The position numbers and the translations under genes are program-made. Shown here one piece after another: positions 46,799 through 55,658 of a DNA stretch of 64,000 nucleotides. The notes beneath the pieces were generated by a model, which had not been told where the DNA came from, did not search any database, and saw nothing but the letters and a program-made list of their open reading frames with translations. Origin of the DNA: Thalassobaculaceae bacterium (lineage in GTDB: Bacteria; Pseudomonadota; Alphaproteobacteria; Thalassobaculales; Thalassobaculaceae); assembly GCA_965228875.1 (NCBI GenBank), contig OZ245843.1:538616-602615 (forward strand). The letters are read 5' to 3'. Positions within the stretch are counted from its first letter, which is position 1. Each line of letters begins with the position of its first letter.

Positions 46799-49057
46799 CT
46801 ACTCCGCCGCCTGCCGGGTCTGGGCGTCGAATGCCGCAAGCACGCGCGGCGGCGACAGCGGCAGGTCGTCGATCCAGATCCCGAGCGCGTCATAAACGGC
46901 GTTGCGCACCGCGGCCGGACCGGGGACCAGCGGCACCTCGCCGACGCCGCGCACACCCTGCGGATGCTTCGGATTCGGGATCTCGATGATGCCGCAGTCG
47001 AGCATCGGCAGGTCCGAGCAGACCGGCATCCGGTAGTCAAGGAAGCCCGGATTATCGACCCGGCCCTGCTTGTCGTAGATGTACTCCTCGTTGATCGCCC
47101 AGCCGATTCCCTGAGCCATCCCGCCCTGCAGTTGTCCCTCGACGTAGCTCGGGTGGATCGCACGCCCGACATCCTGGAAGCAGGTGTAGCGCAGCACCCG
47201 GACGATCCCGAGATCGACATCCACCTCCACGTCGCAGACATGGGTGGCGAATCCGCCTTCGGCGCCGACGGTATTGCTCTGGCTGCCGGCGCCGATCGGG
47301 CCGCCGGTGGCGTTCGCCTTGGCGGCGATCTCAGCCAGGGTCATGGTCGGGAAGTTGCCGCTGTGCTCGCCGATCGGGCGGGCCTCGCCGTTCTCCCAGA
47401 CCACCTGGCCCGGATCGATGCCCCAGATCTTGGCGGCCCGGCCCTTGAGCTGGTCGATCACCTCCTCGGTCGATTCGGTGACCACCATGGCCGAGGCGAA
47501 CAGGACGCGGCTGCCGCCGGTCAGGTTGCTGTAGCCGATGGTGGCGGTGTCGCCGATCTGCACCGAGACCTGGTCGTAATCGATGCCCAGCAACTCGGCA
47601 GTGATGTTGGCGATCGCCGCGCGCGAGCCGCCGATATCCGGATGGCCGGTGGTGACCACGACGTTGCCGTCCTCGGTGATGTTCACCTGCGCGCTCGACT
47701 CGCCGCCGGCGTTGAACCAGAAGCCGCTGGCCACGCCCCGGCCCTGGTGCTTGCCGGTCAGCGGCGTCTTGTAGTGCTCGCTGTTCAACGCCGTCTCGAC
47801 GGTCTCGGCATAGCCGATGCGGGGATAGACCGGCCCATGCGCCGCCTTCGTGCCTTCCTTGGCGGCGTTCTTCAGCCGAAGCTTCAGCGGGTCCATGCCG
47901 ATCTCGCGGGCGACCTCATCCAGCACGCTCTCGACCGCGAAGGCGCCGATCGGCGCGCCGGGAGCGCGATAGGCGGCGACCTTGGACCGGTTCGACACCA
48001 CGTCGTATCCAAGAGAGTGCACGTTCGCGATGTCGTAGGGCGCGAAGGCGCAGCCTGCGGCCCCGCGAATCGGCGAGCCCGGGAAGCATCCGGCCTGCAG
48101 GTAGAAGGTACCCTGGCCGGCGACGATGGTGCCGTCCTTCTTGGCGCCGATCTTCACCGTGCTCTTCGAGCCGGAGGTCGGGCCGGTGGCGCGCATCACC
48201 TCCTCGCGGGTCATGACCATCTTCACCGGACGGCCCGACTTCTTCGACAGCACGGTCGCAACCGGTTCCAGGTAGACGATCGTCTTGCCGCCGAAACCGC
48301 CGCCGATCTCGGCCGGGATGGCCGTGATCTTCGACTGCGGAATGCCGGTCAGGTACGTGGTCATGGCGCGGACCATGAACTGGCCCTGGCTCGAGCTCCA
48401 GATCGTGGTGCGGTCGTCGGGGGCGACACTCACGACACAGGCGTGCGGCTCGATGTAGCCCTGGTGTACCGGTTTGGTGGTGAAGCTGCGCTCGACCACC
48501 ACGTCGGCTTCGGCGAATCCGGCATCGGGGTCGCCGAGCTTGTGTTCCAGGGTGCCCGCGATGTTCGACGGCTGGCCTTCGAACTGGACGAAGTCGTGCA
48601 GGACCGGAGCGTCCGGCGCCAGGGCGTCATCGATCTCGATGGCGAAGGGCAGGACCTCGTAGTCGACCTCGATCAGGGCGCATGCCTCGGCGGCGATCTC
48701 CTCGCTGGTCGCGGCCACGGCGGCGATCGGATGACCGTGGAACAGGGCCTTTTCCTTGGCCAGCATGTTGCGGCTCATCCACCGCATGTCCTGGATTCCC
48801 AGCGGCACCGGCGTGTCGACCGGGAAGTCGACGAAGTCGGCGGCGGTGGCCACGGCCTTCACTCCGGCCAAGGCCTCGGCCTTGGAGGTGTCGATCGACT
48901 TGATCACCGCATGGGGATGCGGGCTGCGGAGCACCTTGCCCCAGATCATCCCGGGCATGGCGGCGTCGGCGGCGTAGGCCGCGCGGCCCGTTACCTTGTC
49001 GGCCCCGTCGGGGCGGATGGTGCGTTTGCCAATCCACTTGTTGCTTTGGTCGTTCAT
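46799..49057 (-). CDS. Xanthine dehydrogenase/aldehyde oxidase-family molybdopterin-binding large subunit
   Basis: 752 aa from the ATG at 49055-49057. The sequence MNDQSNKWIGKRTIRPDGADKVTGRAAYAADAAMPGMIWGKVLRSPHPHA is followed by family blocks GGGFGGK and GVGEVPLVP. The start overlaps the small-subunit stop (ATGA). Confidence 0.9.
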   Translation of the reverse strand: MNDQSNKWIGKRTIRPDGADKVTGRAAYAADAAMPGMIWGKVLRSPHPHAVIKSIDTSKAEALAGVKAVATAADFVDFPVDTPVPLGIQDMRWMSRNMLAKEKALFHGHPIAAVAATSEEIAAEACALIEVDYEVLPFAIEIDDALAPDAPVLHDFVQFEGQPSNIAGTLEHKLGDPDAGFAEADVVVERSFTTKPVHQGYIEPHACVVSVAPDDRTTIWSSSQGQFMVRAMTTYLTGIPQSKITAIPAEIGGGFGGKTIVYLEPVATVLSKKSGRPVKMVMTREEVMRATGPTSGSKSTVKIGAKKDGTIVAGQGTFYLQAGCFPGSPIRGAAGCAFAPYDIANVHSLGYDVVSNRSKVAAYRAPGAPIGAFAVESVLDEVAREIGMDPLKLRLKNAAKEGTKAAHGPVYPRIGYAETVETALNSEHYKTPLTGKHQGRGVASGFWFNAGGESSAQVNITEDGNVVVTTGHPDIGGSRAAIANITAELLGIDYDQVSVQIGDTATIGYSNLTGGSRVLFASAMVVTESTEEVIDQLKGRAAKIWGIDPGQVVWENGEARPIGEHSGNFPTMTLAEIAAKANATGGPIGAGSQSNTVGAEGGFATHVCDVEVDVDLGIVRVLRYTCFQDVGRAIHPSYVEGQLQGGMAQGIGWAINEEYIYDKQGRVDNPGFLDYRMPVCSDLPMLDCGIIEIPNPKHPQGVRGVGEVPLVPGPAAVRNAVYDALGIWIDDLPLSPPRVLAAFDAQTRQAAE

Positions 49058-49536
49058 CGGGCAGCCTCCCGCATGTCGGCGGCGGTCTCCATGACCGCGC
49101 GGACGATCTTGTCGTAGCCGGTGCACCGGCACAGGTTGCCGGCGAGCCAGTATCGGACTTCGGTTTCGGACGGATCCGGGTTTTGCTCGAGCAGCGACTT
49201 GGCGGCGACCAGCATGCCGGGCGTGCAGATGCCGCACTGCAGGGCCGCCATCTCGAGGAACTTCTGCTGCAGAGGATGCAGGTGGTCGCCGTCGGCCAGG
49301 CCCTCGATCGTGCCGATCTCGTGACCTTCGGCCTCGGCCGCCAGCATCAGGCAGGAGCAGACCAGCCGTCCGTCGAGGGTGATGCTGCACGCTCCGCAGT
49401 CGCCGGAGCCGCAGCCCTCCTTCGAGCCGGTGAGGCCGAGCGTGTCGCGCAGCGCGTCGAGCATGCTGTCCGCCGGATCGCACAGGAACTCGGTCGGCTC
49501 GCCGTTGATGGTCGTGGTGACGTGAATCTTCGACAT
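49054..49536 (-). CDS. (2Fe-2S)-binding small subunit of the molybdenum hydroxylase
   Basis: The cysteine motifs are CGSGDCGACSITLDG and QCGICTPGM...CRCTGY. Confidence 0.92.
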   Translation of the reverse strand: MSKIHVTTTINGEPTEFLCDPADSMLDALRDTLGLTGSKEGCGSGDCGACSITLDGRLVCSCLMLAAEAEGHEIGTIEGLADGDHLHPLQQKFLEMAALQCGICTPGMLVAAKSLLEQNPDPSETEVRYWLAGNLCRCTGYDKIVRAVMETAADMREAAR

Positions 49537-49541
49537 AGTTC

Positions 49542-50411
49542 TCAGGCCCTCCCGGCGCGCTCGGCGGCGATTGCGGTCGTGCGCTTCAAGAGCACGCCGG
49601 CCACCTTCGTTCGGTATTCGATGGTTCCGCGCTTGTCGTCGATCGGATTGCAGGCGGCGCTGCAGGCGGCGGCGGCGGCATCCAGGGCCGCGTCGTCGAG
49701 CTTGCTGCCGACCAGCGCCTTTGCGGCGTCCTCGACAAGAAGAACCGTCGGCGCGACGGCCCCCAGCCCGACCCGCGCCGCGGTGCAGGTTCCGCCGTCC
49801 AGCGTCAAGGCGACGCCGACGCCGACCACCGCGATATCCATTTCCGTGCGCGGGATCATCCGCAGGTAGGCGTCACTCGATCCCTTGGGCAGGGCAGGGA
49901 AGGCGAAGCTGACCAGGATCTCACCCGGCTTCAGGTTGGTCTTGCCGGGACCGGCGGGCACGTCCTCGACCTTCAGTTCGCGGGTGCCGTCCGGACCCTT
50001 GACCGTCGCGACCGCGCCGGCCGCCACCAGCGCGGGAACACTGTCGCCCGCCGGCGAGCCGTTGCACAGGTTGCCACCCATGGAGGCACGGCCCTGGACC
50101 TGGGTGGAGCCGATCAAGTTCAGCGCCTCCAGGACTCCGGGCCACACCGTGCCGAAGCGCGGATGTTCCTGGAGAACGGCTCCGGAAACCGCGGCGCCGA
50201 CAACGAAACCGCCATCCGCGGTCTCCTCGATGGCGGTCAGCTCCGGGACCTGCTTCACGTCGACGATGGTGCTCGGCTTGAGGACGCCGGAACGCATCTG
50301 CACCAGCAGATCCGTGCCGCCGGCCAGGATGCGCGCGGCCCCGGAGGCCGCGGCGAATTGGGCGACCGCGTCGTCGAGCGTCTGCGGTGCCAGATATCGA
50401 ATATCGGTCAT
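49542..50411 (-). CDS. FAD-binding medium subunit of the molybdenum hydroxylase (CoxM/XdhB-like)
   Basis: ATG at 50409-50411. The sequence MTDIRYLAPQTLDDAV...ILAGGTDLLVQM...GGNLCNGSPAGD is the family pattern. Confidence 0.88.
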   Translation of the reverse strand: MTDIRYLAPQTLDDAVAQFAAASGAARILAGGTDLLVQMRSGVLKPSTIVDVKQVPELTAIEETADGGFVVGAAVSGAVLQEHPRFGTVWPGVLEALNLIGSTQVQGRASMGGNLCNGSPAGDSVPALVAAGAVATVKGPDGTRELKVEDVPAGPGKTNLKPGEILVSFAFPALPKGSSDAYLRMIPRTEMDIAVVGVGVALTLDGGTCTAARVGLGAVAPTVLLVEDAAKALVGSKLDDAALDAAAAACSAACNPIDDKRGTIEYRTKVAGVLLKRTTAIAAERAGRA

Positions 50412-50538
50412 GGCTCTTCCCGTTTCGTTTCCCGTTTCCGCTCGTTGGCGGACGGCGTCCCCTCTTCGGCGGGGGATTGCATACAAAGATCCAGTTGCGA
50501 GGCTACGACGGAGCGCGGGCCCCGGCCAACCCCAAACC

Positions 50539-50561
50539 GCCGCGACCCCTGGGGTCGCGGC
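50539..50561 (-). terminator. Palindromic GC hairpin downstream of the amidohydrolase gene
   Basis: GCCGCGACC-CCTGG-GGTCGCGGC forms a 9-10 bp stem 15 nt after the stop codon. On the minus strand it is followed by GGUUUGGGGUUGG. Confidence 0.45.
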
Positions 50562-50575
50562 GCCCGGGTATTCGC

Positions 50576-52204
50576 CTATCGCTGGTAGACGACTTTACCG
50601 CCCAGGATCGTCGTGTCGACCTGGACCTCGCGAATTTCTTCCGTCGGAATTGAGAAGTAGTCGCGGTCCAGCACGGCCACGTCGGCAAGCTTGCCGAGTT
50701 CGAGCGATCCCTTGAGGTGCTCCTCGCGGCCCGAATAGGCGCCGAGCCAGGTATAGGCCCGCAGCGCCTCGGTCGGCGTGATCGCCTGGCTCGCATCCAG
50801 GTCGCCGCCGGTGTCCGACTTCCGGTTCACCATCGACCACAGCGCCAGGAAGGGGTTCGCCTGGCAGACCATGGCGTCGGAGTGCCCGGGCGTCGGGATG
50901 CCGGCGTCGATCATCGAGCGGTGCGGCCACATCCGCGCCATCGCCTCCTGGCCGCGATTGGCGATGTAGGCGTCGCCGAGATCGTACATGAAGCCGGTGG
51001 CCGAACTGTCGATCGCGCCCAGTGCTTTGATGCGATCCTGCAGTTCCGGCGTGATGTAGCAGCAGTGCTCGACGCGCATGCGGTGATCGTCGACCGGGTG
51101 ATGTTTCAGGCAGTGCTCGATGGCGTCGAGCGCGAAGTCGATGCCACGGTCGCCGACTCCCTCGATCATGACCTGCAGGCCGGCGCGATGGGCGGCCAGC
51201 GCCCGGCCCTTGAGATCCTCGAGTTCATAGAGCAGGACGCCGGTGTTCGGATCCGGCTCGCCCTCAACCTTGCGGCCGATGTACGGCTCGTAGTAGGCGG
51301 CGGTTCGCCCGGAGGTGGAGCAGTCCGGACACCACTCGACGCCGATCACCCGCACCCAGTCGTCGCCGAAACCCGAGCGGATGCCGGCGGCGGCGGTCGC
51401 CTCGACCAACCCGTCCTCGCGCCCCGAGACGATGATGCCGACGCGCATGCCGAGCCGACCCTCGTCCTTCATCATCTGGTAGGCCTGGATCGCCTTGGCC
51501 GGGGTCAGGGAGTTGTAGACCGAGGTGATGCCGAACGCCGTCCACTCGTCGAACACCTGCTCAAGGCCCTTGGCAATGCTCTCCGGCGTGTCGTTGTGAT
51601 GGACCTGGTCGAGGAACAGGTGGGCGGCCATCTCGCGCACGACGCCGGTCAGTTTGCCCGTCGTCGGATGCTTGTCGAAGATGCCGAAGGGCGGCGGCGG
51701 CGTGTTCTCGTCGATGCCGAGTTCCTTGAAGGCCCGGCTGTTGGCCAGCCCGATATGGCCGTCGGTGCGAAGAATGAACAGCGGCCGGCCCTTGGCGGCC
51801 GCGTCCATCTCCTCGATGGTCGGATAACCGCCGGATTTGTTCTCGTTCAGCCGGTAGCCGGCGATCCATTCGTCGGGACCCTTGGTCTCGGCGACGTCGG
51901 CGATTCGGGCGAGCAGCGCCTCGCGGCTCTGAATGCGGTCCGGGCTCAGCAGTTCCCAGTTGATGATACGGGCGGCGTAGGAGTCCGGGTGGCAATGGCT
52001 GTCGACGATGCCGGGGATCGCCGTGCGGCCGGCAAGGTCGATCACGGTGGTCTCGGGGCCGATCAGCTCATCCATGTCGGCGTTGGCGCCGAGGGCGACA
52101 ATTCTGCCGTCGCGCGCCGCCAGGGCCTCCACGGTCCGGTTGTCGCTGTCGAGGGTGGCGATACGCCCGGTGGTCATCACCAGGTCGGCGGTGAGGCGGC
52201 TCAT
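50576..52204 (-). CDS. Amidohydrolase-3 (YtcJ-like) metal-dependent hydrolase, 542 aa
   Basis: ATG at 52202-52204. The sequence MSRLTADLVMTTGRIATLD...AIPGIVDSHCHPDSY carries the HxH motif, with ...VEHCCY and TPGHSDAMV downstream. Confidence 0.85.
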   Translation of the reverse strand: MSRLTADLVMTTGRIATLDSDNRTVEALAARDGRIVALGANADMDELIGPETTVIDLAGRTAIPGIVDSHCHPDSYAARIINWELLSPDRIQSREALLARIADVAETKGPDEWIAGYRLNENKSGGYPTIEEMDAAAKGRPLFILRTDGHIGLANSRAFKELGIDENTPPPPFGIFDKHPTTGKLTGVVREMAAHLFLDQVHHNDTPESIAKGLEQVFDEWTAFGITSVYNSLTPAKAIQAYQMMKDEGRLGMRVGIIVSGREDGLVEATAAAGIRSGFGDDWVRVIGVEWCPDCSTSGRTAAYYEPYIGRKVEGEPDPNTGVLLYELEDLKGRALAAHRAGLQVMIEGVGDRGIDFALDAIEHCLKHHPVDDHRMRVEHCCYITPELQDRIKALGAIDSSATGFMYDLGDAYIANRGQEAMARMWPHRSMIDAGIPTPGHSDAMVCQANPFLALWSMVNRKSDTGGDLDASQAITPTEALRAYTWLGAYSGREEHLKGSLELGKLADVAVLDRDYFSIPTEEIREVQVDTTILGGKVVYQR

Positions 52205-52336
52205 ACAAGTCTCCGGCTGTCGCGAGGCGGGAAGGAGGGGCATTCTGTCGATCAGACAATCCTTGCGAGGTTCGTCGCGCCAGACAAGCGCCGTTCCGCG
52301 TACCCGCTTCAATTCCGCCCGCACAGGGAGACCGCA

Positions 52337-53125
52337 ATGCTGCCCGGCCCGACCTTCGACCGCATGCCGACCGCCGACAACTGGTTCGCCATCGAGTGGC
52401 TTCCACTCGATGTCCTGCGGATCTGGGAACCGCACGTCTCGCGACTGCTGCGGGCGAACATGTTCCTGGTGCGCGGCCGCGACCGGGATCTGCTGGTCGA
52501 CTCCGGGATGGGCGTGTGCAGCCTGCGGCGGTTTCTGGATCCCTATCTCGACAAGCCGGTCGTCCACGTCCTGTCGCACACCCATGTCGATCACATCGGC
52601 TCGACACACGAGTTCGCCGAAGACCTGGTGATGCACGCCGCCGAAGCGGAGATCATCCGCAATCCGCCGGCCGATCTCGAACTCTCCTTTGACGGGTATC
52701 CGCCGGAGAAGAAGGAACAGCTGCGACGGTCCGGCTTCGACGTGTCCGGCGCGCTGATCGCCGCAACCCCGTCACCCGTGTTCGACCCGTCGCAGTGGCA
52801 GGTGCCGGGGGCGGAGGCGACCCGGCTGGTGGCGGACGGCGATACCGTGGACCTTGGCGGACGGTCGTTCGAGGTGCTGCATACGCCGGGACACAGCCCG
52901 GGTTCCATCTGCCTGTGGGAGGCGGCGACCGGCATGCTGATCGGCGGCGACACGATCTACGACGGTCTGCTGATCGACACCCTTCCGGACAGCGATTCCG
53001 CCGCTTATGCTGTTTCTATGCGCAGACTTAAACAACTAAATGTCACTACGGTCCACGGCGGACACAGGGAAAGCTTTGGGTTTGCGAAGTATCAGTTTCT
53101 TATTGATCAATATTTGGGCAGCTAA
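52337..53125 (+). CDS. MBL-fold metallo-hydrolase
   Basis: ATG at 52337 lies 6 nt after GGGAG. Motifs are LSHTHVDHIG (HxHxDH), HTPGHSPGS and a C-terminal TVHGGH. The last 40 or so codons are strikingly AT-rich. Confidence 0.85.
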   Translation: MLPGPTFDRMPTADNWFAIEWLPLDVLRIWEPHVSRLLRANMFLVRGRDRDLLVDSGMGVCSLRRFLDPYLDKPVVHVLSHTHVDHIGSTHEFAEDLVMHAAEAEIIRNPPADLELSFDGYPPEKKEQLRRSGFDVSGALIAATPSPVFDPSQWQVPGAEATRLVADGDTVDLGGRSFEVLHTPGHSPGSICLWEAATGMLIGGDTIYDGLLIDTLPDSDSAAYAVSMRRLKQLNVTTVHGGHRESFGFAKYQFLIDQYLGS

Positions 53126-53207
53126 TGCTCGAAATTTGGGCTTGCATTGGTCTTGCCTAAAAGCGCAGCATATCGCTCTCGCTATTCGGTGAGTAAGGAA
53201 CACACAC

Positions 53208-54314
53208 ATGCCGGACGGATCGAACGGGGCGCGGAGCGGCCATGCCCTGTCATTGCGGAACCTTTCCAAGGTCTACGGATCGCTTGCCGCGGTCGACGGG
53301 GTGGACCTCGACGTTCCGCGGGGATCGTTCCTGACGCTGCTGGGCCCGTCCGGCTCCGGAAAGACGACGATCCTGATGTCGATCGCCGGCTTCGTCGAGC
53401 CGAGCGGCGGCAGCATCCTGCTGGACGACAAGGACATCACGCGGTTCCCGCCGGACAAGCGGAACTTCGGCATGGTGTTCCAGGGCTATGCCCTGTTCCC
53501 GCATATGACGGTGGCCGACAACATCTGGTTCCCCCTGAAGGTGCGCGGCGTGTCGCGCGCCGATGCGGCGGCCAAGATCAAGAGCGCGCTGGAGCTGGTG
53601 CAGATGGGCCACCTGGCCGAGCGCTATCCCTCGCAGCTCTCCGGCGGCCAGCAGCAGCGCGTCGCTCTCGCCCGCGCCATCGTCTTCGAGCCGGACCTGC
53701 TGCTCCTCGACGAGCCGCTCTCGGCGCTGGACAAGAAGCTGCGCGCTGACCTCCAGTGGGAGCTTAAGTCGCTGCACCAGCGGCTCGGCACCACGTTCAT
53801 CTACGTCACGCACGACCAGGAAGAGGCGCTGTCCATGTCGGACACGATCATCATCCTGCGCGATGGCAAGATCGAGCAGCAGGGCGTGCCGGGCGAGCTC
53901 TACGAGAAGCCGGCCACCCGTTTCGTCGCCGACTTCCTTGGCAAGTCGAACTTCCTGCTGGGCACGGTGGGGGAGAAGAAGGAAGGCGCCTTCACCTATG
54001 TCTGCGGCGGTCAGCCTCTGGTGCAGGCCGGATCCGCCAGCCACACCAAGGTGAACGGCGAGGTCCTGATCGCGCTGCGCCCGGAGAAGATCGCGCTCAC
54101 GGCCGAGCGGCCGGCGGCGACCAACGCGGTCTCGGGCAGGATCACCGCCTTCAACTACTATGGTTCGGCCTATCATTTTCAGGTGCAGACCGAGGCGCTG
54201 GGCGAGCTGATCGCCACCACGCCGGCCTGGACCTGCACGATCGAGCCGTCGATCGGAAACACGATCTGGCTCGGTTGGGAGCCGGACGCATCGGTTGTCG
54301 TCCGCGACCGCTGA
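53208..54314 (+). CDS. ABC transporter ATP-binding protein (PotA/spermidine-putrescine-type with C-terminal TOBE-like domain)
   Basis: Walker A is GPSGSGKTT, the signature is LSGGQQQRVALARA and Walker B is LLLLDEPLSALD. Confidence 0.92.
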   Translation: MPDGSNGARSGHALSLRNLSKVYGSLAAVDGVDLDVPRGSFLTLLGPSGSGKTTILMSIAGFVEPSGGSILLDDKDITRFPPDKRNFGMVFQGYALFPHMTVADNIWFPLKVRGVSRADAAAKIKSALELVQMGHLAERYPSQLSGGQQQRVALARAIVFEPDLLLLDEPLSALDKKLRADLQWELKSLHQRLGTTFIYVTHDQEEALSMSDTIIILRDGKIEQQGVPGELYEKPATRFVADFLGKSNFLLGTVGEKKEGAFTYVCGGQPLVQAGSASHTKVNGEVLIALRPEKIALTAERPAATNAVSGRITAFNYYGSAYHFQVQTEALGELIATTPAWTCTIEPSIGNTIWLGWEPDASVVVRDR

Positions 54315-54368
54315 TACCCAGAAATCCGCGGTCGGCAGGGGGCCGGCCGCCAATGTGAGGAGCCTGGC

Positions 54369-55559
54369 ATGACCCTGACCAAGACCTTGTATGAAAAGGA
54401 TCTCTACCCGGAGATCGAGGAAGCCGGTGACAGCGACTTCGCGCGCGATTGCGTGGAGATCGCGGCCGAGCGCCTGGCGAAGGGCCAGATCGATCGACGC
54501 ACCTTCCTGCAGGCCCTGACCATCCTGGGCGCGGGCACCTCCGTGCTGACCCTGGGCGGCGGTTCCGCCAAGGCGGCCGACGAGGTCGTGGTCGTGAACT
54601 GGGGCGGCCCGGCCGTCGAGGCCTATCAGAATGCGTTCGGCGCGCCGTTCGAGAAGGCCACCGGCACCAAGGTCGTGATCGACGGCACCGGTCCGCTCGG
54701 CTCCAAGATCAAGGCGATGGTCGACGCCGGCGCGGTGACCTGGGACGTCTGCGACACCGGCACCGGTACCACGCTGGTCCTGGAGAAGCAGGGCGTGCTC
54801 GAGCCGATCGACTACTCGGTCGTCGACAAGTCCAAGATGCAGGAGATCTTCGCCTACGAGTACGGCTGCGCGAACTACATGTTCAGCTTCGTGCTGGCCT
54901 ACAACAAGAAGTCGGTCTCGGCCGAGCCGACCGGCTGGAAGGATTTCTGGGATCTGGAGAAGTTCCCGGGCAACCGGACCCTGCGCAAGCAGCCGAACGG
55001 CATGCTCGAGGCGTGCATGATGGCTGCCGGCAAGTCGACGAAGGACGTCTATCCGATCGACCTCGACCTGGCCGTCTCCAAGCTGAAGGAGATCAAGGAC
55101 TACGTGATCGCCTGGGGCTCGGGCTCGCAGAGCCAGGAGCTGTTCCGCACCGGCGAGGTGGTGATGGGCGACATCTGGCACACCCGCGCCAACCTGCTGA
55201 ACCAGGAGACCAACGGCGACGTCACCTGGACCTGGAAGGACGGCATCGTGACCGCCGGCATGTGGAACGTGCCGAAGGGCAATCCGGCCGGCGTGGAGAC
55301 CGCGATGAAGTTCATCGCCTCGTCGCAGGATCCGGAGCAGCAGCTCGTGCTGTTCAACGCCATGGGCAACGGCCCGGCCAACCCGGCCGCCGCGGACATG
55401 GTACCGGCCGACAAGAAATACATCGATCCGGGCCAGCCCGAGAACCTCGCCGTCCAGGTGCTCCAGAACGGCCCCTGGTACCAGGAGGACAGCGGCGTCC
55501 GGAACCTGACCAACGACGAGCTGTCGCGCGAGATGTGGCTCGACGCCCTGTCGTCGTAA
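54369..55559 (+). CDS. ABC transporter periplasmic substrate-binding protein (PotD/PotF-like, family 1), Tat signal
   Basis: The twin-arginine signal is QIDRRTFLQALTILGAGTSVLTLGGGSAKA. The SBP_bac_1/6-like body contains VVVNWGGPAVEAYQNAF. Confidence 0.88.
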   Translation: MTLTKTLYEKDLYPEIEEAGDSDFARDCVEIAAERLAKGQIDRRTFLQALTILGAGTSVLTLGGGSAKAADEVVVVNWGGPAVEAYQNAFGAPFEKATGTKVVIDGTGPLGSKIKAMVDAGAVTWDVCDTGTGTTLVLEKQGVLEPIDYSVVDKSKMQEIFAYEYGCANYMFSFVLAYNKKSVSAEPTGWKDFWDLEKFPGNRTLRKQPNGMLEACMMAAGKSTKDVYPIDLDLAVSKLKEIKDYVIAWGSGSQSQELFRTGEVVMGDIWHTRANLLNQETNGDVTWTWKDGIVTAGMWNVPKGNPAGVETAMKFIASSQDPEQQLVLFNAMGNGPANPAAADMVPADKKYIDPGQPENLAVQVLQNGPWYQEDSGVRNLTNDELSREMWLDALSS

Positions 55560-55579
55560 GGCGATCGGTCACGCGGGCA

Positions 55580-55643
55580 AACCACGATCGGATGGAAACA
55601 TCCGATCGTGTGAATTTGCTCTGTCTTTAATAGGTTAGAGGGC
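55580..55643 (+). repeat. Intergenic structured repeat, copy C (core only)
   Basis: The sequence is AACCACGATCGGATGGAAACATCCGATCGTGTGAATTTGCTCTGTCTTTAATAGGTTAGAGGGC. It contains a perfect 12-bp stem, CACGATCGGATG / CATCCGATCGTG, capped by a GAAA loop. It lies between the SBP and permease genes. Confidence 0.85.
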
Positions 55644-55658
55644 ATTGGCAGGCCGCAC

